Source of the DNA: a virus
Taxonomy: Duplodnaviria > Caudoviricetes
IMG/VR virus record: IMGVR_UViG_3300031627_000003
Span: 1-36,544 of that record
Direction: 5' to 3' (one strand)
DNA length: 36,544 nucleotides
A program made the position numbers and the translations under genes. Below are positions 1 to 9,300 of the stretch, one piece after another. Under the pieces are notes generated by a model. That model made no database searches, was not told where the DNA came from, and saw only the letters and a list, made by a program, of their open reading frames with translations. The number at the start of each line of letters is the position of its first letter. Position 1 is the first letter of the stretch.

Positions 1-231
1 GCTCAGATCAAGGCGGCCTACGAAGGCGAAGTTAACGCCTTTACTGACACTCAGTTCACAAAGCTCGACGGGATCGAAACCAGCGCAACTGCTGACCAGA
101 CCGGTGCTCAGATCAAGACGGCCTACCAAGCAGAAACTAACGCCTTTACTGACGCCCAGTTCACAAAGCTCGACGGGATCGAAACCGGCGCAACTGAAGA
201 CCAAACTGATGCTCAGATTGAGACTGCTTAT
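1..231 (+). repeat. 105-bp (35-aa) coding tandem repeat, two full units plus a partial third
   Basis: Units begin with gctcagat at 1, 106 and 211. Units 1 and 2 share aacgcctttactgac and cagttcacaaagctcgacgggatcgaaacc. Confidence 0.95.
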
Positions 232-696
232 AACAATCAGGTTGCCATAGTTTCTCTAGTTGATGCGGTGTCGGGAACGGCTACGGTAGCTGCACGCTGG
301 ACACCCCAGCGAGTAGCGCAAGCAATCGCGGCACTGGCTGGCGACGTTCGCCATGTCCAGACCAAAGAGATCACAATCGAAGATCCAATCGCGACTGAAG
401 ACGTTGCGATGTTCTACTCGCACACGGCTATCACAATCTCGCGGCTCACTATTATTTTGGTGGGATCAGGCTCACCGAGCGTGACCGTGGACATAAGGCA
501 CCACACGGATAGGAGCAACGCGGGCACTGCTCTCATCACAACTCCATCAGCAACGACAAGCACAACGGGCGGGAACAAAATAACCGTTTTCAACAATCCG
601 GCGGTTGGCGCCGGGAGTTTCGTAAGGTGCAAGACTACGGCACAGGGCGGAACGGTCACGGAAATGATGGTCACAATCGAATACATAGAGGACTGA
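1..696 (+). CDS. Tail fibre protein, C-terminal part (5'-truncated by window edge)
   Basis: Frame 1 is open from base 1 and continuous with track ORF 268..696. It translates AQIKAAYEGEVNAFTDTQFTKLDGIETSATADQTG..., the KLDGIExxATADQT repeat common in phage tail fibres, followed by a beta-rich C-terminal domain. Confidence 0.75.
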   Translation, partial: AQIKAAYEGEVNAFTDTQFTKLDGIETSATADQTGAQIKTAYQAETNAFTDAQFTKLDGIETGATEDQTDAQIETAYNNQVAIVSLVDAVSGTATVAARWTPQRVAQAIAALAGDVRHVQTKEITIEDPIATEDVAMFYSHTAITISRLTIILVGSGSPSVTVDIRHHTDRSNAGTALITTPSATTSTTGGNKITVFNNPAVGAGSFVRCKTTAQGGTVTEMMVTIEYIED

Positions 697-701
697 AAAG
701 T

Positions 702-1430
702 ATGGGACTGCTAATCAGAAGAACGGCGGGTGGACCGTGGACACCGGCAGACCTCGGATCACAACGATTTTGGATTGACGCGGACCAGTTAGGGCTTGCG
801 AATAATGATCCTGTCGCCCAGTGGGATGACGAGTTCGGGTCTTACAATTACCACTTTTTGCAGGGGCTGACCGCGAACAAGCCCACGTTCAAAACCGGGG
901 TAAAGTTTGGAAGACCAGCAGTGTATTTCGATGGAGGCGACAATATGCAGACGGCAAATACATCGGACATGAACAACGTCAGCGGCGACATGGTGTTCTG
1001 GTGCGTTTACAAGTTCAATTCGTTCCAGCCAGCATTGAGCGCGGTGTTCGACAAGTCAGACGACGCGACTGCGGCAGGAACAAAATTCCAGCTCACGAAT
1101 TGGAATGGGTATGACGCAACGTATTGGCAGTCGGGAGTCGGAACGTCTAGCATCATTCTGGAAGACGCCTCCTCGGAAGACACGAATTGGCACTACGCGA
1201 CCGTTGCGCGAACCGGTTCAACGTGGACGTACCGAGAAGATGCAGCACTGCATGAATCGGGAACTTTAGCGGGGAACATCAATGACTGCCTGTATAAGCC
1301 CACGATTGGAAGCCTGTCCAACGGGGCTTGGAAGATGTCGGGATACATCGCGGAGATGGGCTTGATCGCAGAATACGAAGACCCGACAACAAATCTGGAA
1401 CCGTATCTGGCAACAAAGTGGGGAATTTGA
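702..1430 (+). CDS. LamG/concanavalin-A-like lectin-domain virion protein (putative receptor-binding or tail accessory)
   Basis: Probable start is ATG 702 after AGAGGA; the track start at 627 overlaps the upstream gene. Motifs WTPADL..W.DA, VAQWDD, PAVYFDG, WHYATVAR and GYIAE..YLATKWGI are typical of phage LamG-like proteins. Confidence 0.7.
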   Translation: MGLLIRRTAGGPWTPADLGSQRFWIDADQLGLANNDPVAQWDDEFGSYNYHFLQGLTANKPTFKTGVKFGRPAVYFDGGDNMQTANTSDMNNVSGDMVFWCVYKFNSFQPALSAVFDKSDDATAAGTKFQLTNWNGYDATYWQSGVGTSSIILEDASSEDTNWHYATVARTGSTWTYREDAALHESGTLAGNINDCLYKPTIGSLSNGAWKMSGYIAEMGLIAEYEDPTTNLEPYLATKWGI

Positions 1431-1868
1431 ATGGCACGTAAAAAACCAAGAAACCGAAAACCGAACAACCCGCCAGTGTTCTCGACAGCACCGACGCGGT
1501 GTTTCATCGTCGTGCCTTCATCACAGATCGCAGCCGCAAACACGTTCGGAAGTGGAACACTCTCGAACGGCGGTGATATGTTCGTTGCGGACTGGACTGA
1601 CAGTTCCTCGGACACGGTGGGAATAGCGGGGATATTGCTGAATGCTACGGATAAAACCGCATTGGACACGTTTGTAACAGCGAACCCCGGCATCACCGTG
1701 GAAACATACGATGAGGATACGAACGGGGCGTATCTGTATGACCGGGCGGCAGAACTTGGATTTACGAACGCACCAACATTTGATGGCGCTCCCGAAGATT
1801 CAGGGGAAGGCGAGGGCGATGATGGTGAAGCTGGCGATGGTGGAGGTGGGGAAGGTGGTGGGCCATGA
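1431..1868 (+). CDS. Hypothetical protein with basic N-terminus and Gly/Glu/Asp-rich C-terminus (possible tail-fibre accessory)
   Basis: ATG directly follows the upstream TGA and the gene sits in the tail module. Function not recognisable. Confidence 0.6.
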   Translation: MARKKPRNRKPNNPPVFSTAPTRCFIVVPSSQIAAANTFGSGTLSNGGDMFVADWTDSSSDTVGIAGILLNATDKTALDTFVTANPGITVETYDEDTNGAYLYDRAAELGFTNAPTFDGAPEDSGEGEGDDGEAGDGGGGEGGGP

Positions 1869-1887
1869 TCTGCAAAAGTAAATAACT

Positions 1888-3642
1888 ATGCCGCTCTGGG
1901 ACAATAATAATCTCGACGACCAGCCAGTTTGGTCTGCTGCTGCTGACTTTCGCGGCGGTATGAACACGACGGTGCTCCCGCACGTTCTGACAGACAACCA
2001 GTATGCCAAGGGCATCAACACGACGCTGCTGAAGACCGGTCGCATCCGCACACGCGGCGGCATGGTCGCCAACGGCGTCATGGCATCCCCTGCGACGGTT
2101 CAGGGGATGGCCTATTACGAGACCGGCCCCGGCACAGAGGAGGTGCTAGTGGTGAACGACAACGAGCTCAAGGTCTGGAACAACTCGTCGTTCACAGCTG
2201 TGCCCGGCTACACGCTTACCGGGCGCGTCTCGGCGTTCCAAGCACAGCGACACGCGCTTTTCTTCAGTGACACTGCTGCAATGTATTACGACGGCACGAC
2301 TGTCCGCGCAATCAACCACGCCACAATCCCCGTGGTTTTGGTTACCGGCTCAGGCTACGTCGTAGGCGACCTCTTAACGCTGACCGGCGGAACACCGGAG
2401 ATCGATGCAGTTGCCCGTGTCGCGACTATCGGCGCCAGTGGTGAGGTCTTGACGGTGGACTGGGGAACTGGGGCCACCCGTGGCCGGGGCTACACTGCTG
2501 CCCCCTCGGGATACACCGGCGGCTCTGGGACTCTTGCGACGTTCACCTACGCGTTGACAACCCCGCCGGCCGGCAACATTGCAACGTGGCATACCGAACG
2601 TGTGTTCCTAGCCGGCGTGGCTGCTGATAGGGACACGCTTTACGTGTCGGACATCCTCGAGCTGGACAGATTTCCGACGCTCAGCACGGTCACCATTGGG
2701 AGCGACGGCGAGGCAATTACTGGCATTCACAGCTGGGACAATTTTAGCTTGCTGGTCTTTAAGGCGAACTCAACCTACACCGTATCGACGGACCCCCGCG
2801 CTGAGGTAGTTGACTGGGCGGTGTCCAAGATCAGTTCTACAGTTGGATCGGTATCGCACTGGGCGACGATGCAGGTCGGCGCAGACGTGTGGTGGCTGTC
2901 GAGGGACGGCGTGCAGTCTGTCCGACGCATGATCCAAGAGACCCAGAGGGAGATCTCTGGTTCAGTGTCGGTGCAGGTTCAGAGCTACATTGACGACGTC
3001 AACTGGGCGCAGGTCCACAAGGCGTCCATGGGCTACTTCGACAACAAACTTTTCCTGTCGTTCGCGTCAGGTACGTCAACCGACAACAACACCCTGCTGG
3101 TTTTTGACACATACCACCAAGTCTGGAGCAGCGAGTGGACTGGGCCGAATGTGTCCCTGATGGTTCGCTCAAAGTTCAGGAATGAGCAGAGGCTCCACTT
3201 TGGAACAGATGACGGCTTGATCCGAACCTACGTCGACAGCAGCGAGGTGGACACCGATGAGCTGGCGGCAACAACTGACATCCCAACCGAGCTCTGGTTC
3301 CGGTCGTTCAGCTTCGGGGAGCCGGTCTCTCCGAAGTCCCTGCTGAATATCGAGCTGGAGTTCACGGACTCAACGGCTACGCTAGACTTATCGCTGTCAG
3401 CCGAAGGTACGCCGTTTGAAACCGTCGCCGCAGGCTTAGCGTCCTCGGTCGCTCTGCTGCTGCTGCCGTTCGACCTCCCGGCAAGTCTGAGCGACGGTGG
3501 GCACTACCGGCGGGCCTACAATTTGCTCAAGTATCGTCAGGTCAGCGAGGCGCAACCGAAGGTCACAGCCGCCGCTGGCCGTGTCTCGCTCAGGGCACTG
3601 GTGATGTCAGCGTTTATTGAACCGATGCGGATTGACTACTAA
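1888..3642 (+). CDS. Tail nozzle / head-closure beta-propeller protein (P22 gp10 / T7 gp12-like)
   Basis: 584 aa with DFRGGMN..RIRTRGG at the N-terminus, beta-rich repeats (LYVSD, GEAITG, LLVFK, VGSVS, VWWLSRDGV), and a position upstream of the ejection proteins. Confidence 0.75.
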   Translation: MPLWDNNNLDDQPVWSAAADFRGGMNTTVLPHVLTDNQYAKGINTTLLKTGRIRTRGGMVANGVMASPATVQGMAYYETGPGTEEVLVVNDNELKVWNNSSFTAVPGYTLTGRVSAFQAQRHALFFSDTAAMYYDGTTVRAINHATIPVVLVTGSGYVVGDLLTLTGGTPEIDAVARVATIGASGEVLTVDWGTGATRGRGYTAAPSGYTGGSGTLATFTYALTTPPAGNIATWHTERVFLAGVAADRDTLYVSDILELDRFPTLSTVTIGSDGEAITGIHSWDNFSLLVFKANSTYTVSTDPRAEVVDWAVSKISSTVGSVSHWATMQVGADVWWLSRDGVQSVRRMIQETQREISGSVSVQVQSYIDDVNWAQVHKASMGYFDNKLFLSFASGTSTDNNTLLVFDTYHQVWSSEWTGPNVSLMVRSKFRNEQRLHFGTDDGLIRTYVDSSEVDTDELAATTDIPTELWFRSFSFGEPVSPKSLLNIELEFTDSTATLDLSLSAEGTPFETVAAGLASSVALLLLPFDLPASLSDGGHYRRAYNLLKYRQVSEAQPKVTAAAGRVSLRALVMSAFIEPMRIDY

Positions 3643-4053
3643 ATGGACCAGATCGCTCCAGTCGCGCAGCTCATACGAGAGAACATCTCGAGCTTTTCGA
3701 CGTGGAGCGACCTTGCGTTAGCGTCATGGGTCGGTTTTGCTATTGCCCGCCGCCGAATGGTAAGCGTCTACAGCTCGGATCGCACCATTGTTGGCGTTGG
3801 GGCTGCTCGGTGCGTGTCGGACACCACTGACGTTGATGACTGGTATGCCCACGATGAGCTCGGGGATACGATTTTCATCGACCTCGTTGTTGGGCCGCGA
3901 GTGATGCCGGTCCTTTGGCAGGCGATGAAGCAGCGATACGGAAAGCGCAAGCTCGTCTCGTTTGACCGTGCGGATCGTGAAGGTCGGCGGACATTCCAAT
4001 TTGATAGACTCGAAACTAGATTGAACCATGGCAAAGAACCCACCACCGCCTGA
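3643..4053 (+). CDS. Small virion-assembly protein, possibly GNAT-fold (T7 gp13 / P22 gp14 position)
   Basis: 136 aa between the nozzle and the first ejection protein, with a GDTIFIDLVV strand. The call rests mostly on synteny. Confidence 0.5.
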   Translation: MDQIAPVAQLIRENISSFSTWSDLALASWVGFAIARRRMVSVYSSDRTIVGVGAARCVSDTTDVDDWYAHDELGDTIFIDLVVGPRVMPVLWQAMKQRYGKRKLVSFDRADREGRRTFQFDRLETRLNHGKEPTTA

Positions 4054-5038
4054 AGCCCCCGACTACGCGGCGGCAAACCGTGAGGGCATCCTCACTGACA
4101 TTGAGACCCTTCCGGTCCGCCGGCAGCTTGACGTTGCGTCACGCCTCGGCCAGAAGGGTTCCTTCGAGCTGGACGGCGAGACCTTCGAGTATGACTTCAC
4201 CGGTCTCGGGGATGCCGACGTGAACCGAGCACAGTTGTCAACCAACCGTGAGTCAGCGTTCGGACAGGCTCAAGACTTCCTCGACATCCAGAGCGAGTTT
4301 GGGCAGCAGTTTCTGGACACGTCCCGTGAGCAGCTGAAGGCGTCGGACCCCATTGGCTTTGCGCTCCGCGAAAAACTTGGCGGGGACGTTACCAGTGAGC
4401 TCGCGGCCGGTCGCGGTCTGTCCGGTGACCAGCTTCGTTCGGTCCAGCAGTCCACTCGAGCGTCGCAGACTGCCCGAGGGAACATCAATGGACTAGCGCC
4501 AGCGGTGCAGGAAGCTCTTTCCACCTCCCAGTTCTCTGACCAGCGTTTCCAGCAGCGTCAACAGAACGCCGCAGCGTTCCTGTCAGGCACGACCCCGCTG
4601 TCGCAGTTTGGGCAGCTGCGTCAGGCCGGTGCCGGTGCCGCTCCGTTCCAAGCACTGGCAGGAAACGCAGTCGGACTCGACCGCAACGCTGGCGCGGCAG
4701 CTGCCGCGTTCTCGCAGCAGTCCTTTGGTACCAATTCCCAGAACTACGCCACGCAGTCAGCACAGACGAGCCCGTGGATGGAGGGTCTCGGCATGGTAAC
4801 TGGCGCGGCAACCTCTCTCGGTTCCGCTGCGCTCATTGGCTGCTGGGTCGCTCGCGAGGTCTACGGCAACGACAACCCGAAGTGGAAGCAGTTCCGCGAG
4901 TGGGTAGCGACAGAGGCCAGCGACGACTTCCGCGAGTTCTACATCGCGAACGGCGAGAAGCTCGCTGAGTCAATCAAGGACAAGCCCGAGGTGAAGGCAC
5001 ACATCCGCAAGTGGATGGACACGAAGATCAAGGATTAA
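4028..5038 (+). CDS. Ejection/pilot protein with C-terminal CWVAREVYG (CFI-box-CTERM-like) domain
   Basis: PPPPEAPDY N-terminus, a Gln/Ala-rich helical body, a Gly/Ala hydrophobic segment, then GCWVAREVYG..KWKQFREW..FY..NGE from 4838. Confidence 0.7.
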   Translation: MAKNPPPPEAPDYAAANREGILTDIETLPVRRQLDVASRLGQKGSFELDGETFEYDFTGLGDADVNRAQLSTNRESAFGQAQDFLDIQSEFGQQFLDTSREQLKASDPIGFALREKLGGDVTSELAAGRGLSGDQLRSVQQSTRASQTARGNINGLAPAVQEALSTSQFSDQRFQQRQQNAAAFLSGTTPLSQFGQLRQAGAGAAPFQALAGNAVGLDRNAGAAAAAFSQQSFGTNSQNYATQSAQTSPWMEGLGMVTGAATSLGSAALIGCWVAREVYGNDNPKWKQFREWVATEASDDFREFYIANGEKLAESIKDKPEVKAHIRKWMDTKIKD

Positions 5039-5042
5039 AAAT

Positions 5043-6386
5043 ATGGCAAGCGATCTACTCAACGGGTTCCAAGCTGGTATGCAGATGGGACAGCCCTTCA
5101 TCGAAGCGGCGATGCGGAAGAAGTCACTCGAGCGCGAAGAGGCACGTCATGCCGGCGACCGAGCCTACCTTGCTCAGTCTCAGAATGCCGACCGTTCTTT
5201 GAAGGCGCGCATGGCTGCGGACGGAATCGAGGCAGCAGATGAAATATCTCAGCGACGCGAGAAAGGGCTGGATGCGCGTGCCAAAGCCTCGCTCCTTGCC
5301 GCAGTCAACGCGAGTCGGGCGACGGAGATGGGTAATGCTGCTCGGGCCAAGACTGAGGCCGCCCAAAAAGCCGACACAGCATTAGCCAAGAAGCTATCGG
5401 GAGACGCGGACCGAGATTCCAGAGAAGGCATAGAGAAGGCAAGGGTTGATGCGGCCAAGCCCATGACAATCCGCGACAACCAAGTCGATGCAATGACAGC
5501 CCAGATCACAGAAGAGTGGGACATTGTGCAGGCACTGGAAAACCCTGATATTGACCGCATTGCACGCCCCGGCTACAAGCAAGGGCTACAGGCAAGGCTG
5601 AAGGCAATTAGAACGCTGGACGAGATGACGGCAAAAGCGGCGGACATGGCTATTAACAATGGCAGCATGAGCGAACTAGAGAAGGTGACGGACTCTAGGT
5701 TCAAGGCGCTGCCCGTGGCAGAGAGCTGGTCTGCGGTCAAGCTCACTGAGATATACAACGATGACGGGACTAAGATCAGCGGATACACGATGGTCAACCA
5801 GCGGACCGGAGAGAGCAAGCCGCTGTCACCTAGCGCGGGTCAACGCTTACTCGACACCGGAGACGGCGTGCTTGACGGCGCTAGCAACGGCGGCGGCGGC
5901 GGCGGCGGTGTCCCAGAAGTGCCTGCTATTGACAACGCCGGGGGACTTTCTGTCACGGCTGACAGCCTTGCCGCCACAGCTGAAAGGTACGCTGGAGCGG
6001 CGTTTGTGGTTCCTGCCAGCTCAGGCTCCGGTCAGCTCGGTTCCGCAGCCGAGGTAGCTGGAGCTGTTCCGGCGGCAGCTGTTCCGGCGGCAGCTGTTCC
6101 GGCTGGAGCCCAAGTCAACTCACTTGGCCGTCGCTTTCTCAACGCTTCGCTGGGGTCCGGTAAACTGATCGGCACTACAGCAGGCTCGGTCGCGGCGTCT
6201 CGCAGGGACGGCCAGTCCACGGGTTCTGGCGTCGACACGATCACGCCCCGAGTTCGGGAGCTTCAGATGATGATTGAACAGATGCGGCAAGATCGTGGCG
6301 TTGCGCCGGGCAAGGTTCTGAAGCCTACCCAGATGCCAAGGAAGATGCGGGATGCGGTTCTTGAATTGCAGAGTTTGACGAGGTAA
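5043..6386 (+). CDS. Internal virion (ejection) protein
   Basis: 447 aa with an NGFQAGMQMG N-terminus, an Ala/Arg/Glu coiled-coil and a low-complexity Gly/Ala C-half. Lies between the pilot and giant ejection genes. Confidence 0.65.
   Translation: MASDLLNGFQAGMQMGQPFIEAAMRKKSLEREEARHAGDRAYLAQSQNADRSLKARMAADGIEAADEISQRREKGLDARAKASLLAAVNASRATEMGNAARAKTEAAQKADTALAKKLSGDADRDSREGIEKARVDAAKPMTIRDNQVDAMTAQITEEWDIVQALENPDIDRIARPGYKQGLQARLKAIRTLDEMTAKAADMAINNGSMSELEKVTDSRFKALPVAESWSAVKLTEIYNDDGTKISGYTMVNQRTGESKPLSPSAGQRLLDTGDGVLDGASNGGGGGGGVPEVPAIDNAGGLSVTADSLAATAERYAGAAFVVPASSGSGQLGSAAEVAGAVPAAAVPAAAVPAGAQVNSLGRRFLNASLGSGKLIGTTAGSVAASRRDGQSTGSGVDTITPRVRELQMMIEQMRQDRGVAPGKVLKPTQMPRKMRDAVLELQSLTR
6063..6103 (+). 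repeat. 15-bp coding tandem repeat (gctgttccggcggca, about 2.7 copies; AVPAA)
   Basis: Read directly. A (ggc)n poly-Gly run also lies at about 5889-5909 in the same gene. Confidence 0.95.
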
Positions 6387-6388
6387 TT

Positions 6389-9300
6389 ATGGGCGAAACT
6401 GGACTTCATCAGCGGTGGCAAGCGGTGCAGAGACACCCCAACTGGCCGAACCTGTCCCCCGAGGAGCAGACCCAGCGGCTCGACGCGTTTGTGGGCGACC
6501 TGCGTGCCAAGTTTGGGCACAAGGTGACGGGGCTTCAGGGCTTCCACAACAACGTCCGCGCACGCATCAACTCTGCACCCGAGGAGACTCGGTTTCTAGG
6601 CGACGCAGTCAACGCGTTCGGTGATGACTACCTGAGAGCACGGCAGGCTACTACCATCCGACCGAATGAGCTTCGCCGGATTCTCAAGTCGGAATACATC
6701 GCACAAGTCGAGGCCAACGGCTCCGACGCTTACGGAATGGCGGGAGGACTGGCGGGCGGCGTAGCTGCTACGATGTCCAAGGCTCTCCCGGCGGCTGGTG
6801 CAGGCTTCCTAATCGGCGGCCCGCCGGGTGCCGGGGTTGGGTTCCTTGGAGGCTCCCTTGTATCGGACGTCCCGACGCAGGTCGGGCACAGTCTCCGCTC
6901 TAACTTTTTCTCGCAACTAGACGAGGGCATTGATGAGGACGAGGCTTGGAGCCAGTCCGCCAAAGCCGCAGGCATTTCAGGTGTGCTGACCGGTGCGGCA
7001 AACGTCATCCCCGGCGGTGCGTTCGTCAAGCTCGGCACCAAGCTGGTCCCCGGCAAAGGCAAGGTCGCGCTTGCCGCGAAGAAGGTAATGCTAGCCGGAA
7101 GCTCTACCCGAGGCGGGAAGCGGCTTGCCGTTCAGGCTATCCAAGGTGGCGTAGATGACGTTGTGCTTGAAGGCGTCAATGTCGGACAGGAGCTAGCTTT
7201 CGGAATTGACGCCAGCAACTACCGGGGCACGCTTGGAGAGCGTGTAGCAATTGCCGGTGCAGCCGGCACGGCGTTGCGCGGCACGTTCCTTGGAGTCCAG
7301 AAGGGCGCCACGGGCATACAGAACGTAAGGGCTGGCAAGAAGTTTGGCGACCGGCTGTTCCACAATGAGAACGTCGAGGCTGTCCTTGGCGGTCTTGATA
7401 ACCAGATTCTGGAAGCCCAGCACGGTGTCCGACGCAGAGAGGGTGGTGAGGATCTTGAAGCCGCGCAGCAGTTGGAAGGCAGCGGGCTGTTCGGCCAGCG
7501 GACCCGCTCTGAAAAACTCAGGGCTCTGAAGGCGAACAAGGAACTTCTGTTGAACGTGTGGGACACGATCACCGATGGCACTATGCCTCTGGATCTTGAA
7601 GTCCTTGCGAAGGAGGGTAGCGACGGGCAGGACGCGCAGTTCAACCCGGCGTCCAACTCGATCTCTGCGTTCCTCAGTATCTTTGAGTGGAAGGGCGACG
7701 CTATCCAGCGCATTACGCTGAACCATGAGGCGGCTCACGCTCACCTCCGCACGCTTCCTCCGCGCATCCGAGAGAAGCTGCGAGATCTGAAGACAGCTGA
7801 GTTCGCCGAGAGAGCTGGCCCGCTATTCGACGCCGATGGCAACCCACGCAAGAACATCTCCAAGGATCTGTTCTCGACGGACCCTGAGCGTCAGTTCAAC
7901 GAGTGGTATGCTGAACGTGTGTCGCTCCGCAACGACGCGTGGGCGAAGGGCAGGCTCAGTGATGCTGAAGCCAACCCCATTGAGGGCTGGATGGGCAATC
8001 TGGCAAGGGACTTCCGAGTCAAGGGCGAGAAGGTCGGCCGAAGCCTCGGCTTTGTCGACGGGCTGGACGCGTCCTTCCGCGACTTTCTTGATGCTGGCAA
8101 GAAGTATGAGTTCGACCGTGAGACTCGGACAACCGCAGGGGATCTCGAAGCCGAGATCAACGTGCGCGAGGCGCGGCTGGAGCAGGCATCCGCTCAGGGG
8201 GATACTAAGCTAGTCAGGAAACTTCAAAAAGAGATCTCCGAGCGGACCGCGAAACGTCAACGTCGACTCCTGCCTGAAACCGTCGACACAATCTTTTTCG
8301 GCAAGGGCGACACGGGCAGTCGCGGCCTTGACGACGCCATCAGCCAGACTATTGACCGAAATACTCGGGGACGCGCTGGTGTTCCAGAGCCTGAAGCTGA
8401 CCTCAACAAGCTGGGTCAGCTGGGTCAGCTTGATCCGGCAGCCCGTGAAGCCGTTGTCGGTCCCATTGAGCGGATCAAGGCTGAGGCAGCAGCGCGATCT
8501 GCTCTTGAAAGTGAGCAAGCTGGCGGCGTCCGACACCGGGCGGACATCCGAGAAGCTCAGCGAACTGAGTTTGATGCGCCAGTCAAGCGGCCGGTTCAGA
8601 CCCGAGAGACCCCGCTTGTCGGTCGTGACCGCGAAGTCACGCAAGCTCCCGATTTAGAACTCCCCGGCCAGCGGCCGGGTCAGCACTCAGTTGAGCCTGA
8701 CCTCAGTGCGATAGCGCAGCTCACTGGGCGGCAACGCCCAAACCGAAACCCAGACCGTGGACGTGTTGACCCCGAAGGCGGTCGCACTAGTCGCGGCTTT
8801 TTGGGTCGAGCTGAATTTGACGAGGCTCAGGGTGGCACCGCCACGGCATCCAAATCCGAGCCGAGTGTCAGGACACCGGGCCAGCTGGTGGCCGCCGCTC
8901 AGCGGGCAACTCCGAGCGATCAGTCCACCAAACAGGGCGACTTTGGTTTCGGTGACGAGGGCGGACGGCTTTCTGAACCGCCGACCGCGCCACACCAACC
9001 GCCGGTGGAGTCCAAGTCCAAGTTCTACGACCCAGACAGCGCGGACAGCAAGGCTCGCGTCAAAGCTAGCATCGACAAGCAGGAAGCTGTTCTCAAAAAG
9101 CTAGCCGGCAGGGTCGACGACGCGATCACAAATCTGGCTGAACCGGCGCAGCTACACCGCCTCGCCAAGCAGGCGCAGGAGAATAGCTTCATCTCCAAGG
9201 ATGACGTGAAGGAGCTGCGCCGAATCCAGCGCGAGGTAGGGAACAAGGAAGACACTAGCGACGCGCTTGATGAGCTGCGGTTCATGCTTGAGGACGCGCA

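Noticed and set aside
1-1430. Diversity-generating retroelement target in the tail fibre or lectin
   Set aside because: I saw no reverse transcriptase and no template/variable repeat pair differing at adenines. The 105-bp repeats are ordinary tandem coding repeats.
5889-6103. Poly-Gly and AVPAA repeats as a contingency locus
   Set aside because: Unit lengths are multiples of three inside a low-complexity linker, so slippage would not switch expression.
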